Assembly (NCBI GenBank): GCA_041659405.1
Contig: JBAZYK010000013.1
Location: 22,325 to 54,324 of the forward strand
Reading direction: 5' to 3'
Source: Candidatus Altimarinota bacterium
GTDB taxonomy: Bacteria > Patescibacteriota > Gracilibacteria > UBA1369
Length of the DNA stretch: 32,000 nt
Below, piece after piece: positions 17,968 to 26,229 of the stretch. The notes below the pieces were generated by a model, which was given only the letters and a program-made list of their open reading frames with translations, ran no database searches and was not told where the DNA came from. Within the stretch, counting starts at the first letter, position 1. Every line of letters begins with the position of its first letter. The translations under genes and the position numbers were made by a program.

Positions 17968-18027
17968 TTTATGCTCTTTCACTTATTCTTACAAAATTTT
18001 TAGACAAATATTTCAAAAAGGGTATAA

Positions 18028-18732
18028 ATGATACAGAAGCATATTTTGTGTTGTATGAACATAAAGGAAAAATTTCTAGAAATTTACGTTACTGTCGGCA
18101 CGGTACTGACAGCTATTTTTGGCTTGTTGACTGTCATTTTAACCGGTCAGGGGACTTTATTCCAGGGCAAATTGGGGATTGATCAAAATCTGGTTTCTCA
18201 AATTCAAAACCGGGACATAGCCATATCACAGTTAGAATCTATCAACATATCGGAAAATATCCCTTTAAAAGAAAATCAGGGAAATGTTTTGCTGAAATTG
18301 AATTTGCAGGCATTAAAACCAATCAGTTTTCAAAGAGGCAATCTTATTTCTATCAATCTTTATAGCAATCAGAGCTTCGGCAACGTTAAAAGTTGCTCAC
18401 TTTCTTTTATTGATCCACAAAGCAATTTAAACACTCTGGTCGACGAAAAAGCCCCAGTGCCTACACTCACTTCAAATTATCAGGTGCAAAAAGCCCAGCT
18501 CCCTTTTGATTTTTCCAAAAATAAATATGCGCTTAACTCTAACGAAAGCGCTACAGTCGAAGTAAAATGCAATATTTCCGCTAAAATCGATCATCAAAAC
18601 CTTGAAGCTTCTTTGGATGATTCCAAAGACCCAAGTCCAAGCCTTTTTCCGGTTACTTACAGTGATAGTCAGGGGCAGACACTTCAATACAATCCACCTT
18701 CAGCCTTGATGGGAGCAACTGCAACCTTTTAG
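18028..18732 (+). CDS. Hypothetical protein with N-terminal TM anchor
   Basis: Intact ORF with a hydrophobic segment (FLEIYVTVGTVLTAIFGLLTVIL) and coding-like composition. No family recognised. Confidence 0.65.
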   Translation: MIQKHILCCMNIKEKFLEIYVTVGTVLTAIFGLLTVILTGQGTLFQGKLGIDQNLVSQIQNRDIAISQLESINISENIPLKENQGNVLLKLNLQALKPISFQRGNLISINLYSNQSFGNVKSCSLSFIDPQSNLNTLVDEKAPVPTLTSNYQVQKAQLPFDFSKNKYALNSNESATVEVKCNISAKIDHQNLEASLDDSKDPSPSLFPVTYSDSQGQTLQYNPPSALMGATATF

Positions 18733-18809
18733 CCAAAATTCAGCCATCGGAGCTTTGACAATAACCTGAAATTGCTTTAGTTTGAAAGCTCAATCCCATA
18801 CAATTTTCG

Positions 18810-20057
18810 ATGCTTCAAGAATTTCTCCAACGTTTTAAAGAAAAAGAAAGTGTCATCAATCAATGGCTTGAAGAAAAAAGGAAACTGGTCGGCCCGGAAC
18901 CGCTTTATGCTTCCGTTGATTTACGCAATGCCGGTTTTAAAATTGTTCCGGTGGACACCAATTTATTTCCTGCCGGCTGGAACAACCTCTGCCCTAATTA
19001 CGGCCGCCAAGCCGCAGAATATTTTAAAAATTATTTTGATACTTATTTCCCGGGGACCAAATGTCTGCTGATTATTCCCGAAAATCACACCCGCAATCTT
19101 TATTATTTTTCCAGTCTTAAAAGATTAAAAGACATTTTAGCCGCCTCGGGTTTTGAGGTTAAAATAGGCACTTTAAACCCTGAGCTCACCGAATCGGAAA
19201 ATAAATTTTTGACCCAGGAAAACGAAGAAATTGTTCTTCAAAAAATCACCCGTGAAGGTGACAATCTTTTCGTTGGAGATAAACGCATTTGCCAGGTTGT
19301 TATTAATAATGATTTTTCCGTTGGCATTCCGGAAATCCTTCATGGAGTTAAAGAAAATCTGTTGCCATCACCGGAAATTGGCTGGCACCAGCGCAAAAAG
19401 AGTGACCATTTTGCTTTTTATCACCAGCTGATTCAGGAGTTCGCGGAAGTTATCGGTATTGATTCCTGGTTTTTTGAAAGTCATTATTCTGTTGTGGATG
19501 ATGTTGATTTTGATGATGAGGCGTCGCGTGAAAAAGCGGCCCAAGCCGTTGACGCACTTATCCAAAAAATTGCGGTCGATTATGAGAAACATAAAATTCA
19601 GGGATACCCTTCCGTCTTCATCAAAAACAATGCCGGCACTTATGGAATGGCTGTAATTCGTGTAAATAGTGGCGACGACGTGCGCAAATTAAATCAGCAA
19701 AACCGCAAACAGATGCGAGTGGGAAAGGGAAGCGTTGATATTAAAAGCGTTATTTTGCAGGAAGGCGTGGTTACGGTTGAAAGAATCAAAGACCTCGTTG
19801 CCGAGCCGGTTATATACCTTGTCGGCAATAAATCCGTAGGTGGATTTTACCGTTTGAATGACGAAAAAGGCGATAATGATAATCTGAATTCAAAGGGAAT
19901 GCAGTTTGCAAAATCATGTTTCCACGAAAATATCGGTTACGAAAATTTAGCCGATCCAACTTTGAAGCAGGATGATTTAACGCCTATATATAAGGTTATT
20001 GCCGCCATCGCCAGCCTTGCTTCCGGATATGAACTTAAGGCTTTAAAACAAAAATAA
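18810..20057 (+). CDS. gshA: Glutamate-cysteine ligase, Acidithiobacillus ferrooxidans type
   Basis: Family-like sequence 'YASVDLRNAGFKIVPVDTNLFPAGWNNLCP', 'LLIIPENHTRNLYYFSSLKRLKDIL', 'VFIKNNAGTYGMAVIRV'; followed by a GshB homolog. Confidence 0.85.
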   Translation: MLQEFLQRFKEKESVINQWLEEKRKLVGPEPLYASVDLRNAGFKIVPVDTNLFPAGWNNLCPNYGRQAAEYFKNYFDTYFPGTKCLLIIPENHTRNLYYFSSLKRLKDILAASGFEVKIGTLNPELTESENKFLTQENEEIVLQKITREGDNLFVGDKRICQVVINNDFSVGIPEILHGVKENLLPSPEIGWHQRKKSDHFAFYHQLIQEFAEVIGIDSWFFESHYSVVDDVDFDDEASREKAAQAVDALIQKIAVDYEKHKIQGYPSVFIKNNAGTYGMAVIRVNSGDDVRKLNQQNRKQMRVGKGSVDIKSVILQEGVVTVERIKDLVAEPVIYLVGNKSVGGFYRLNDEKGDNDNLNSKGMQFAKSCFHENIGYENLADPTLKQDDLTPIYKVIAAIASLASGYELKALKQK

Positions 20058-20070
20058 TCACGCCCAAATT

Positions 20071-21021
20071 ATGAAGCATCTTTTTATTATTGATCCGCTT
20101 TCGGAAATTTTCAAAAAAATTCTGAATGATTCTTCCACGCTTTTAATGCAGGAAGGATTAAAACGCGGTCATGAAATTTACGTTTCCACACTGGATAATC
20201 TGCTTTTAACTTCGCAGTTTTTAAAAGTAAAATGTCAAAAAGTTTTAGCAATCAATGACCAATCCGTTGAATTTGAATCAGCCTACCAACTGGAAGACTG
20301 GCAGGACCAATTTGCTGAAGCCTTTCAGGTTATTTGGCTTCGTAAGAATCCTCCTTTTGATGAAACTTACCTGATGCACCTGGCTCTTTTTGACGGTTTA
20401 ACCGGTTCAAAAGTATTCTTCATCAACAATCCGCAAAGTATTCGTGCACTCAACGAAAAACTCACAATTTTAAATTTCCCCAACGATATTATTGAAACAA
20501 TCGTGACCATGAAGACCTCGGAAATCCATGATTTTTGGCAGCAACATAAGAAGATTGTCGTGAAAGGTTTAACCGGTTTTGGTGGCGATTCGGTAATTTT
20601 AATTGAAGATTGGAAAAAAGATCACCCAAACTTGGAAAAACTTAGTCAGAATGGCAAAAGATTTTTAATGGTTCAGAAGTTTATTGAAAACGTTGTTGAA
20701 GGAGATAAGCGCGTAACCGTCGTAAACGGGAAAATTATTGGGGCTTTGGTTCGGGTTCCTCCGGAAAATTCTTTCATTGCTTATACCGGTGGAGGAGCCA
20801 CGGTTCATCAAACTACACTTTCCATAGAGGAAACAAAACTTGCCGAAAAAGTTGCCAAATTCTTAAAAGAACACGGCATTTTTTGGGCGGGAATTGACCT
20901 GATTGACGGCAATCTTTCGGAAATAAACATCACTTCCCCCAGCATTTTAGCCGCAGCCAATCGCAAATTTGGGCTCAACCTGGAAAATAAAATTTGGAAT
21001 GAACTGGAGTTCCATTTATAA
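20071..21021 (+). CDS. gshB: Glutathione synthetase-like ATP-grasp enzyme
   Basis: 'LRKNPPFDETYL', 'FINNPQSIRALNEKL', 'VVKGLTGFGGDSV', 'VVEGDKRVTVVNGKIIGALVRVP', 'GGGATVHQT', 'GIDLIDGNLSEINITSPS'. Confidence 0.87.
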   Translation: MKHLFIIDPLSEIFKKILNDSSTLLMQEGLKRGHEIYVSTLDNLLLTSQFLKVKCQKVLAINDQSVEFESAYQLEDWQDQFAEAFQVIWLRKNPPFDETYLMHLALFDGLTGSKVFFINNPQSIRALNEKLTILNFPNDIIETIVTMKTSEIHDFWQQHKKIVVKGLTGFGGDSVILIEDWKKDHPNLEKLSQNGKRFLMVQKFIENVVEGDKRVTVVNGKIIGALVRVPPENSFIAYTGGGATVHQTTLSIEETKLAEKVAKFLKEHGIFWAGIDLIDGNLSEINITSPSILAAANRKFGLNLENKIWNELEFHL

Positions 21022-21049
21022 TACCCCCCGATTATTTTAAAATTATCGC

Positions 21050-21520
21050 ATGTCCAAAGAAATCACTTTCAATACCAAAAAATACGTTGAACATGCCCTG
21101 CAAAGCCTTAAGGACAACGGCCTAAAGATCACCGATCCCCGCAAGATGATTGTAAATCTTTTGGCCAAGAGCGAAAAAGCGCTTTCTCCATACGAAATGC
21201 GTGACCTTTTAAAAAAGCAGAAAATTCATGCCGATGTTGTAACCATCTACAGAGTGCTGGAAGTGCTGGAGAAAATGTCACTGGCCCACAAGGTTTTGGC
21301 TGTTAATGGCTATATTCGTTGCAGCACCACCGAAGATGAAACTGCGTGTCATCATTATCTTTTATGCAAAAATTGCCGAAAAGTTGAAGAGGTTGAAGGC
21401 GAGAATCTTCACAGCCTACAGACAAAAATAGCCAAAGATTATAAGTTTGAAATTACGTCACACTATTTGGAATTTACCGGACTCTGCTCCGAATGTTCGC
21501 AAAAGCCAAAGCGCAAATAA
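21050..21520 (+). CDS. Fur-family transcriptional regulator (probable Zur)
   Basis: 'GLKITDPRKMIVNLLAKSEKALSPYEMRDLLKKQKIHADVVTIYRVLEVLEKMSL', 'CHHYLLCKNCRKVEEVEG', C-terminal CSEC structural zinc site. Adjacent to znuBC. Confidence 0.88.
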   Translation: MSKEITFNTKKYVEHALQSLKDNGLKITDPRKMIVNLLAKSEKALSPYEMRDLLKKQKIHADVVTIYRVLEVLEKMSLAHKVLAVNGYIRCSTTEDETACHHYLLCKNCRKVEEVEGENLHSLQTKIAKDYKFEITSHYLEFTGLCSECSQKPKRK

Positions 21521-22289
21521 ACAGGATCAAAGACAAAAATACGATTGCTCCTCCGGCTATCACATCAAAATAGAAGGACAAAATAAGCCCTGCAAAAACG
21601 GCAATCAAAGAAAAGACCGTGGCATAAAGCATAGTTTGCTTGAAGCTTTTGGCTATTTGCAGTGCCGTTAAAACAGGGACCACCATCAAGGCACCAATAA
21701 GCAAAACTCCCACTATACGCATGCTGAGTGAAACCGTAACAGCCGCCAATGACATTAAAAGCAGATTAAGGTTTTTGACCGGAAGTCCGCTTACCTTGGC
21801 CGATTCTTCGTCAAAAGCTATAAAGAAAAGTTCTTTGTAAAATCCAAGTAAAAATACCAGCATCAAAACGCTCAAACTTAACATAATATAAATATCCTGA
21901 GTTTCAACCGCCGTAATACTTCCAAACAAATAACTGAAAAGATTCACATTAAATCCGTGTCCAAAGCTGATCAAAATCAGGGCAACCGCCAAGCTTCCGG
22001 ATAAGAAAAGCGAAAGAGCTGCGTCACCATAAATTTTTTGATTCTCACGCAATTTTTCAATCACAATCGCAGCAATTATGCAGGTAACAACTGCAGTCAA
22101 AATCGGATAAATGCCGCTAATTAAGCCAATCGCCACACCGGCCAAAGCCACATGCGCCAACGAGTCCGCGAACAAAGAAAAGCGACGCATCACCAAAAAT
22201 GTTCCAATCAAAGGTGCAATAACCGCGATCACTCCGCCGGCTATAAACGCCCGGACCATAAAGCTATAATTGAATATTTCGAACATCAT
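21474..22289 (-). CDS. znuB: Zinc/manganese ABC transporter permease (ZnuB family)
   Basis: Polytopic ABC-3 family protein: 'GTFLVMRRFSLFADSLAHVALAGVAIG', 'PVLTALQIAKSFKQTM'. Adjacent to znuC. Confidence 0.93.
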   Translation of the reverse strand: MMFEIFNYSFMVRAFIAGGVIAVIAPLIGTFLVMRRFSLFADSLAHVALAGVAIGLISGIYPILTAVVTCIIAAIVIEKLRENQKIYGDAALSLFLSGSLAVALILISFGHGFNVNLFSYLFGSITAVETQDIYIMLSLSVLMLVFLLGFYKELFFIAFDEESAKVSGLPVKNLNLLLMSLAAVTVSLSMRIVGVLLIGALMVVPVLTALQIAKSFKQTMLYATVFSLIAVFAGLILSFYFDVIAGGAIVFLSLILFICALAFANIRSRVR

Positions 22290-22313
22290 TTGGAATTCTT
22301 TTAGAATAAATTT

Positions 22314-23105
22314 TTAATGACCGTGAAGCACCATGCGAATATTTTTGCCGTAAAGTTTTTTCAGATAATCGTTTTTCACAAAATATTCAGGATGACCATG
22401 ATAAATCAAAGTCTGGTTGATACAGGCAAAAACGTTTGCCTGACTGGCAATAACATCAATATCGTGTGAAACCAAAACAATTGTCAGACCTTTTTCTTTC
22501 CGCAACTGTTGGAGTAAATCATAAAATTGTTCCTGTGCCTTAATATCAATACCAATAGTTGGTTCATCCAACACCAGCAGTTTTGGATGACTGGAAAGTG
22601 CTCTCGCAATAAAAACCCTTTGCTGCTGACCTCCGGAAAGTTCATGCAACGGGGTGTTTTCATATTTCAACATACCGACATCCTTAAGCGCATTGCGGGA
22701 AATCTCGTAATCTTCTTTTGTTAACGGGTGAAAAAGTCCACGGGTTTGAACGCGGCCCATTGCTACTATTTCACCTACTGTAGCCGGAAAACGTTGGTCA
22801 AAGTGAGTTGCCTTTTGAGAAACATAACCAATCAGATTCCGTTGTTTGAATTTTCTCACGTCAGTCCCAAACAGCGTAACAACGCCTTTTTGCAAAGGTA
22901 AAATCCCCATCATCAATTTTAACAATGTCGATTTTCCGCCACCATTTGGCCCAACCATGCCAATAAAGTCACCCTGCATAATATCAAAATCAATATCGGT
23001 CAAAACGGGTAATCCCTTGCTGTACTCATAACTGACCATTTTTACGCACACCAATGGAGTTTTTTGATCTGCGATTTCAGTATGAGTTTTATGTGTGTGT
23101 GGCAT
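22314..23105 (-). CDS. znuC: Zinc/manganese ABC transporter ATP-binding protein (ZnuC family)
   Basis: GPNGGGKSTLLKLMMG, LSGGQQQRVFIARAL, LLVLDEPTIGID. The ORF track start at 23156 lies upstream of the palindrome; ATG at 23105 (MPHTHKTHTEI) is preferred. Confidence 0.93.
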   Translation of the reverse strand: MPHTHKTHTEIADQKTPLVCVKMVSYEYSKGLPVLTDIDFDIMQGDFIGMVGPNGGGKSTLLKLMMGILPLQKGVVTLFGTDVRKFKQRNLIGYVSQKATHFDQRFPATVGEIVAMGRVQTRGLFHPLTKEDYEISRNALKDVGMLKYENTPLHELSGGQQQRVFIARALSSHPKLLVLDEPTIGIDIKAQEQFYDLLQQLRKEKGLTIVLVSHDIDVIASQANVFACINQTLIYHGHPEYFVKNDYLKKLYGKNIRMVLHGH

Positions 23106-23134
23106 GCTTATTTTTAGAATTGCCTGTATTCTAA

Positions 23135-23151
23135 TCGCAATATTATTGCAA
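23135..23151. promoter_or_regulatory. Candidate Zur/Fur-family operator in the znuC / yibEF divergent intergenic region
   Basis: 17-bp dyad TCGCAATATTATTGCAA (7 of 8 arm positions paired), 30 bp upstream of the likely znuC ATG. Resembles the 17-mer upstream of znuA. Confidence 0.6.
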
Positions 23152-23164
23152 GTCAATTAAAACC

Positions 23165-23193
23165 TTTAACAAATAATAAAATCGGGCTATGAT
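23165..23193 (+). promoter_or_regulatory. Putative sigma70-type promoter for the YibE/F gene
   Basis: TTTAAC (23165-23170), 17-bp spacer, TATGAT (23188-23193); start codon at 23219. Confidence 0.35.
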
Positions 23194-23218
23194 TTACGCA
23201 CATTATTTATGAATTTCA

Positions 23219-24391
23219 ATGATCACAAATCTTAAAAAAATTTCCATTCTTTTATTGGCGGGTTTTGCCTGTGTTTTTTCAGCGCCATTAACTTCGAATG
23301 CTCAAGCTCAAAATCCAACCAGCAATAGCATTTTTTTTAAGGCCGAAATAGTTCAGGTCGCTAACACTCAAGAAGAAATTGCAGAGGACGGTACCAAAAC
23401 TTACATTCAAACCATAGAATTAAAAGGTCTGGAAAAACCATGGAAAGATCAATTGATCACGGTAAGCAACAGTGAATTCAACACTCTCGGACCCAAAAGT
23501 TATCAAAAAGGCGATGTCATGTTAATGGTCGACAACAAAGACGATAGCGGCAAGGATCATTTTGTAATTGTCGATTTTGTGCGTGAAACGCCACTTTATT
23601 TTTTGGGATTTATTTTTGTTGCCCTGGTTGCGTTGATCGGTAAGAAAAAAGGATTAAAGGCCTTATTCTCTTTATTTTTAAGTTTTCTGGTGATTATTTA
23701 TTTTATGGTTCCGCAAATTGCCGGTGGCTCGGATCCGGTTTTAATTAGTGCGATTGGGGCGATTTTTATTACAATTTTAACGCTTTATCTGACATATGGG
23801 TTTACTTACTTTAGTCACTTGGGAGCGATAAGTGTAATAGCAAGTTTGCTTATAACGGTCATTATGTCGCAGTTTTTTTCGGATTTAACCAAGCTTACCG
23901 GCAAGGCCGAAGAAAGCGTTACATATTTAACACAATTACTAGGTCCAAATTTTAACGCCAGGGGATTATTGCTGGCCGGCTTTATAATTGGCGCATTGGG
24001 TATTTTAGATGATGTGATTATTAACCAGCTTTCTTTAATTGAGGAGCTGCACAAGGCCGATAAAAATCTTTCCTCGTTTGAACTTTTCAAACGTGGTTTA
24101 AAAGTTGGAGTCGATCATATTTCGGCAATCGTGAACACGCTTTTCTTGGCCTACACAGGCGCATCATTGCCGCTACTTTTATTGTTTGTTGCCGATAAAA
24201 GTGTTCAGTACAGTTTTACTTCGGTGATCAATATGGAAATTATCACAACCGAAATTGTGCGCACGTTAACAGGTTCAATTGGGATAGTCCTTTCGGTTCC
24301 AATCAGCACTTTTTTTGCCGCCATTTTTATTCCAATGTTTTTCAAAAAAGGCCACGAGTTAGCTCACAAACATCACACTCACGTGAAGTAA
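23219..24391 (+). CDS. YibE/F family membrane protein
   Basis: Signal peptide then 'VDFVRETPLYFLGFIFVALVALIGKKKGLKALFSLFLSFLVIIYFMVPQI' and 'GALGILDDVIINQLSLIEEL', characteristic of YibE/F proteins. Confidence 0.88.
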   Translation: MITNLKKISILLLAGFACVFSAPLTSNAQAQNPTSNSIFFKAEIVQVANTQEEIAEDGTKTYIQTIELKGLEKPWKDQLITVSNSEFNTLGPKSYQKGDVMLMVDNKDDSGKDHFVIVDFVRETPLYFLGFIFVALVALIGKKKGLKALFSLFLSFLVIIYFMVPQIAGGSDPVLISAIGAIFITILTLYLTYGFTYFSHLGAISVIASLLITVIMSQFFSDLTKLTGKAEESVTYLTQLLGPNFNARGLLLAGFIIGALGILDDVIINQLSLIEELHKADKNLSSFELFKRGLKVGVDHISAIVNTLFLAYTGASLPLLLLFVADKSVQYSFTSVINMEIITTEIVRTLTGSIGIVLSVPISTFFAAIFIPMFFKKGHELAHKHHTHVK

Positions 24392-24412
24392 AAATCTTTA
24401 ACTCAATCCACC

Positions 24413-24862
24413 ATGAAGCTTACAAGTTCGGCTTTTGAGCATAATAGTTTAATGCCCCACAAATACACTTGCGACGGCGAAGGCACGAATCCGCCACTTC
24501 AAATTGAAGGACTTCCGGCAAAAACCAAAAGTATTGCTTTGATTGTTGATGATCCCGACGCTCCAAATGGCGACTTTGTTCATTGGCTGGTTTGGAATAT
24601 TGATCCAAGCATTAAAGATATTCGCGAAAAATCCATTCCGGTTGGATCGGTTGAAGGTTTGACCGATTTTGGCAAACCGGGCTGGGGCGCGCCATGTCCA
24701 CCCGGCGGAACCCATCGTTATTTCTTTAAATTATATGCTCTGGATACCGCATTGGACATTTCGCCAAATAGCAAAAAAGCCGACTTTCTTAATGCCGCGC
24801 AGGACCACATTCTGGCTCAATCCGAACTAATCGGACTTTATAAAAGGACAGATCTTGTTTAA
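24413..24862 (+). CDS. YbhB/YbcL-family (Raf kinase inhibitor-like, PEBP) protein
   Basis: 'HKYTCDGEGTNPPLQIEGLPAKTKSIALIVDDPDAPNGDFVHWLVWNIDP', 'GWGAPCPPGGTHRYFFKLYALD'. Confidence 0.95.
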   Translation: MKLTSSAFEHNSLMPHKYTCDGEGTNPPLQIEGLPAKTKSIALIVDDPDAPNGDFVHWLVWNIDPSIKDIREKSIPVGSVEGLTDFGKPGWGAPCPPGGTHRYFFKLYALDTALDISPNSKKADFLNAAQDHILAQSELIGLYKRTDLV

Positions 24863-25507
24863 AAAACAGCCGGCACAATCAGGTTTTTGCGCTTTGCAGA
24901 TCTTGCGTCCGTGGGCAATTAAATAATGCGACAACATGCCCCAATCTTTTTTTGGCGTGATCTTCATCAAATCCTGTTCAATTTTTTCGGCGGTTTTTTC
25001 TTTACTTAATCCCAGTCGATGCGATAGCCGGATTACATGCGTATCAACCGTAATTCCATCAATTATTCCAAAAGCGTTAAACAAAACCACATTGGCGGTT
25101 TTACGCGCGACCCCCGGCAGCAAAATCAATTCCTGCATGGTTTTAGGCACGTGCCCATTAAATTTTTCAATCAGCATTTTGCAGGCATTTTGAATATTTT
25201 TGCCTTTATTTTTATAAAATCCGGTTGAACGCACGGCTTGCTGCAGCTCTTCCAGGTTAGCATCTGCATAAGCTTTAGCAGTTTTATATTTGGCAAAAAG
25301 TTTTGGCGTTACCCTGTTTACAACTTCATCGGTACACTGCGCCGAAAGCATTGTCGCAATTAAAAGCTCCAGCGGAGACTTAAAAATCAAAGCGCATTTT
25401 GCATCCGGATAATGCTTTTTTAGCAATTTCAAAACGCCGCGCATTTGTTGCTGCGGCTTCCGACTTTGGATCACACGTCCTGGTTGTTTCCGTTTTATAA
25501 TCCGCAT
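24827..25507 (-). CDS. nth: Endonuclease III (Nth)
   Basis: 'LLIATMLSAQCTDEVVNRVTP', HhH 'LPGVARKTANVVL', 'DTHVIRLSHRLGLS', 4Fe-4S motif CKAQKPDCAGCFLNKICPF (C-x6-C-x2-C-x5-C). Confidence 0.95.
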   Translation of the reverse strand: MRIIKRKQPGRVIQSRKPQQQMRGVLKLLKKHYPDAKCALIFKSPLELLIATMLSAQCTDEVVNRVTPKLFAKYKTAKAYADANLEELQQAVRSTGFYKNKGKNIQNACKMLIEKFNGHVPKTMQELILLPGVARKTANVVLFNAFGIIDGITVDTHVIRLSHRLGLSKEKTAEKIEQDLMKITPKKDWGMLSHYLIAHGRKICKAQKPDCAGCFLNKICPFIKSD

Positions 25508-25581
25508 CGTTTTGCTGAAAAGCTAACATTTGCTATTATAGGGCAGCTTTAAGAAAGTCCCAACCAATTCTCAAACAACAA

Positions 25582-26229
25582 ATGAACATAAGCAATTTAA
25601 GAAACAATAAGCGCGCCATCCTTTGGATCATGGCGATTGATGCGGCCCTGGCCATTTCTTCCACGGTTGTTGATTGGCCATGGTTGATTCGTGTTCCACG
25701 TAACCTGATAATTTTTGCTCCGATTTGTTCGCTTTATCCGCTGCTTTTGCTCATCTGGCTGACACTGCATTATTTCCAAAAAAAAATCCCCACCTGGTTT
25801 ACAACTTTTTTGTTTATGGGACTTGTGAGCTACGGAATTATGTCTTACATCTATTTCCCTTTGTACATGAGCTGGACCGGCATCAACTTCCACGATGTTG
25901 GTAGCATTTTATGGGTTACAGCCTATGCAATTCAGGCCTTCATCATCGCGCCGGATCTTAAAAAAATCCCGTGGTATCAGTACCTTATTATTTTTGGTTA
26001 TTTCTTTTTGAAAGATTATTCCGATCGTTATTGGGGAACTTTTTTAGATGTTTTATTGGATAGTTATCCGGAATATCTAAAACTTGGCTTCACCATTAGC
26101 GTAGTTACACTTCATAGTTTTGCCGCAGGATTAATTCTGTATTTTGGATTTTCTAATTCGAAGCAGAAGCTTTCACCGGTACAGGAGCCACAGCCGGTGC
26201 AGACATTTGAAAAGCAGGAATTGCTTTAG
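25582..26229 (+). CDS. Hypothetical polytopic membrane protein
   Basis: About 6 hydrophobic segments across 215 aa in an intact ORF. No family recognised. Confidence 0.7.
   Translation: MNISNLRNNKRAILWIMAIDAALAISSTVVDWPWLIRVPRNLIIFAPICSLYPLLLLIWLTLHYFQKKIPTWFTTFLFMGLVSYGIMSYIYFPLYMSWTGINFHDVGSILWVTAYAIQAFIIAPDLKKIPWYQYLIIFGYFFLKDYSDRYWGTFLDVLLDSYPEYLKLGFTISVVTLHSFAAGLILYFGFSNSKQKLSPVQEPQPVQTFEKQELL

Noticed and set aside
22846-23031. Short plus-strand ORF inside znuC
   Set aside because: Antisense to conserved Walker A coding sequence.
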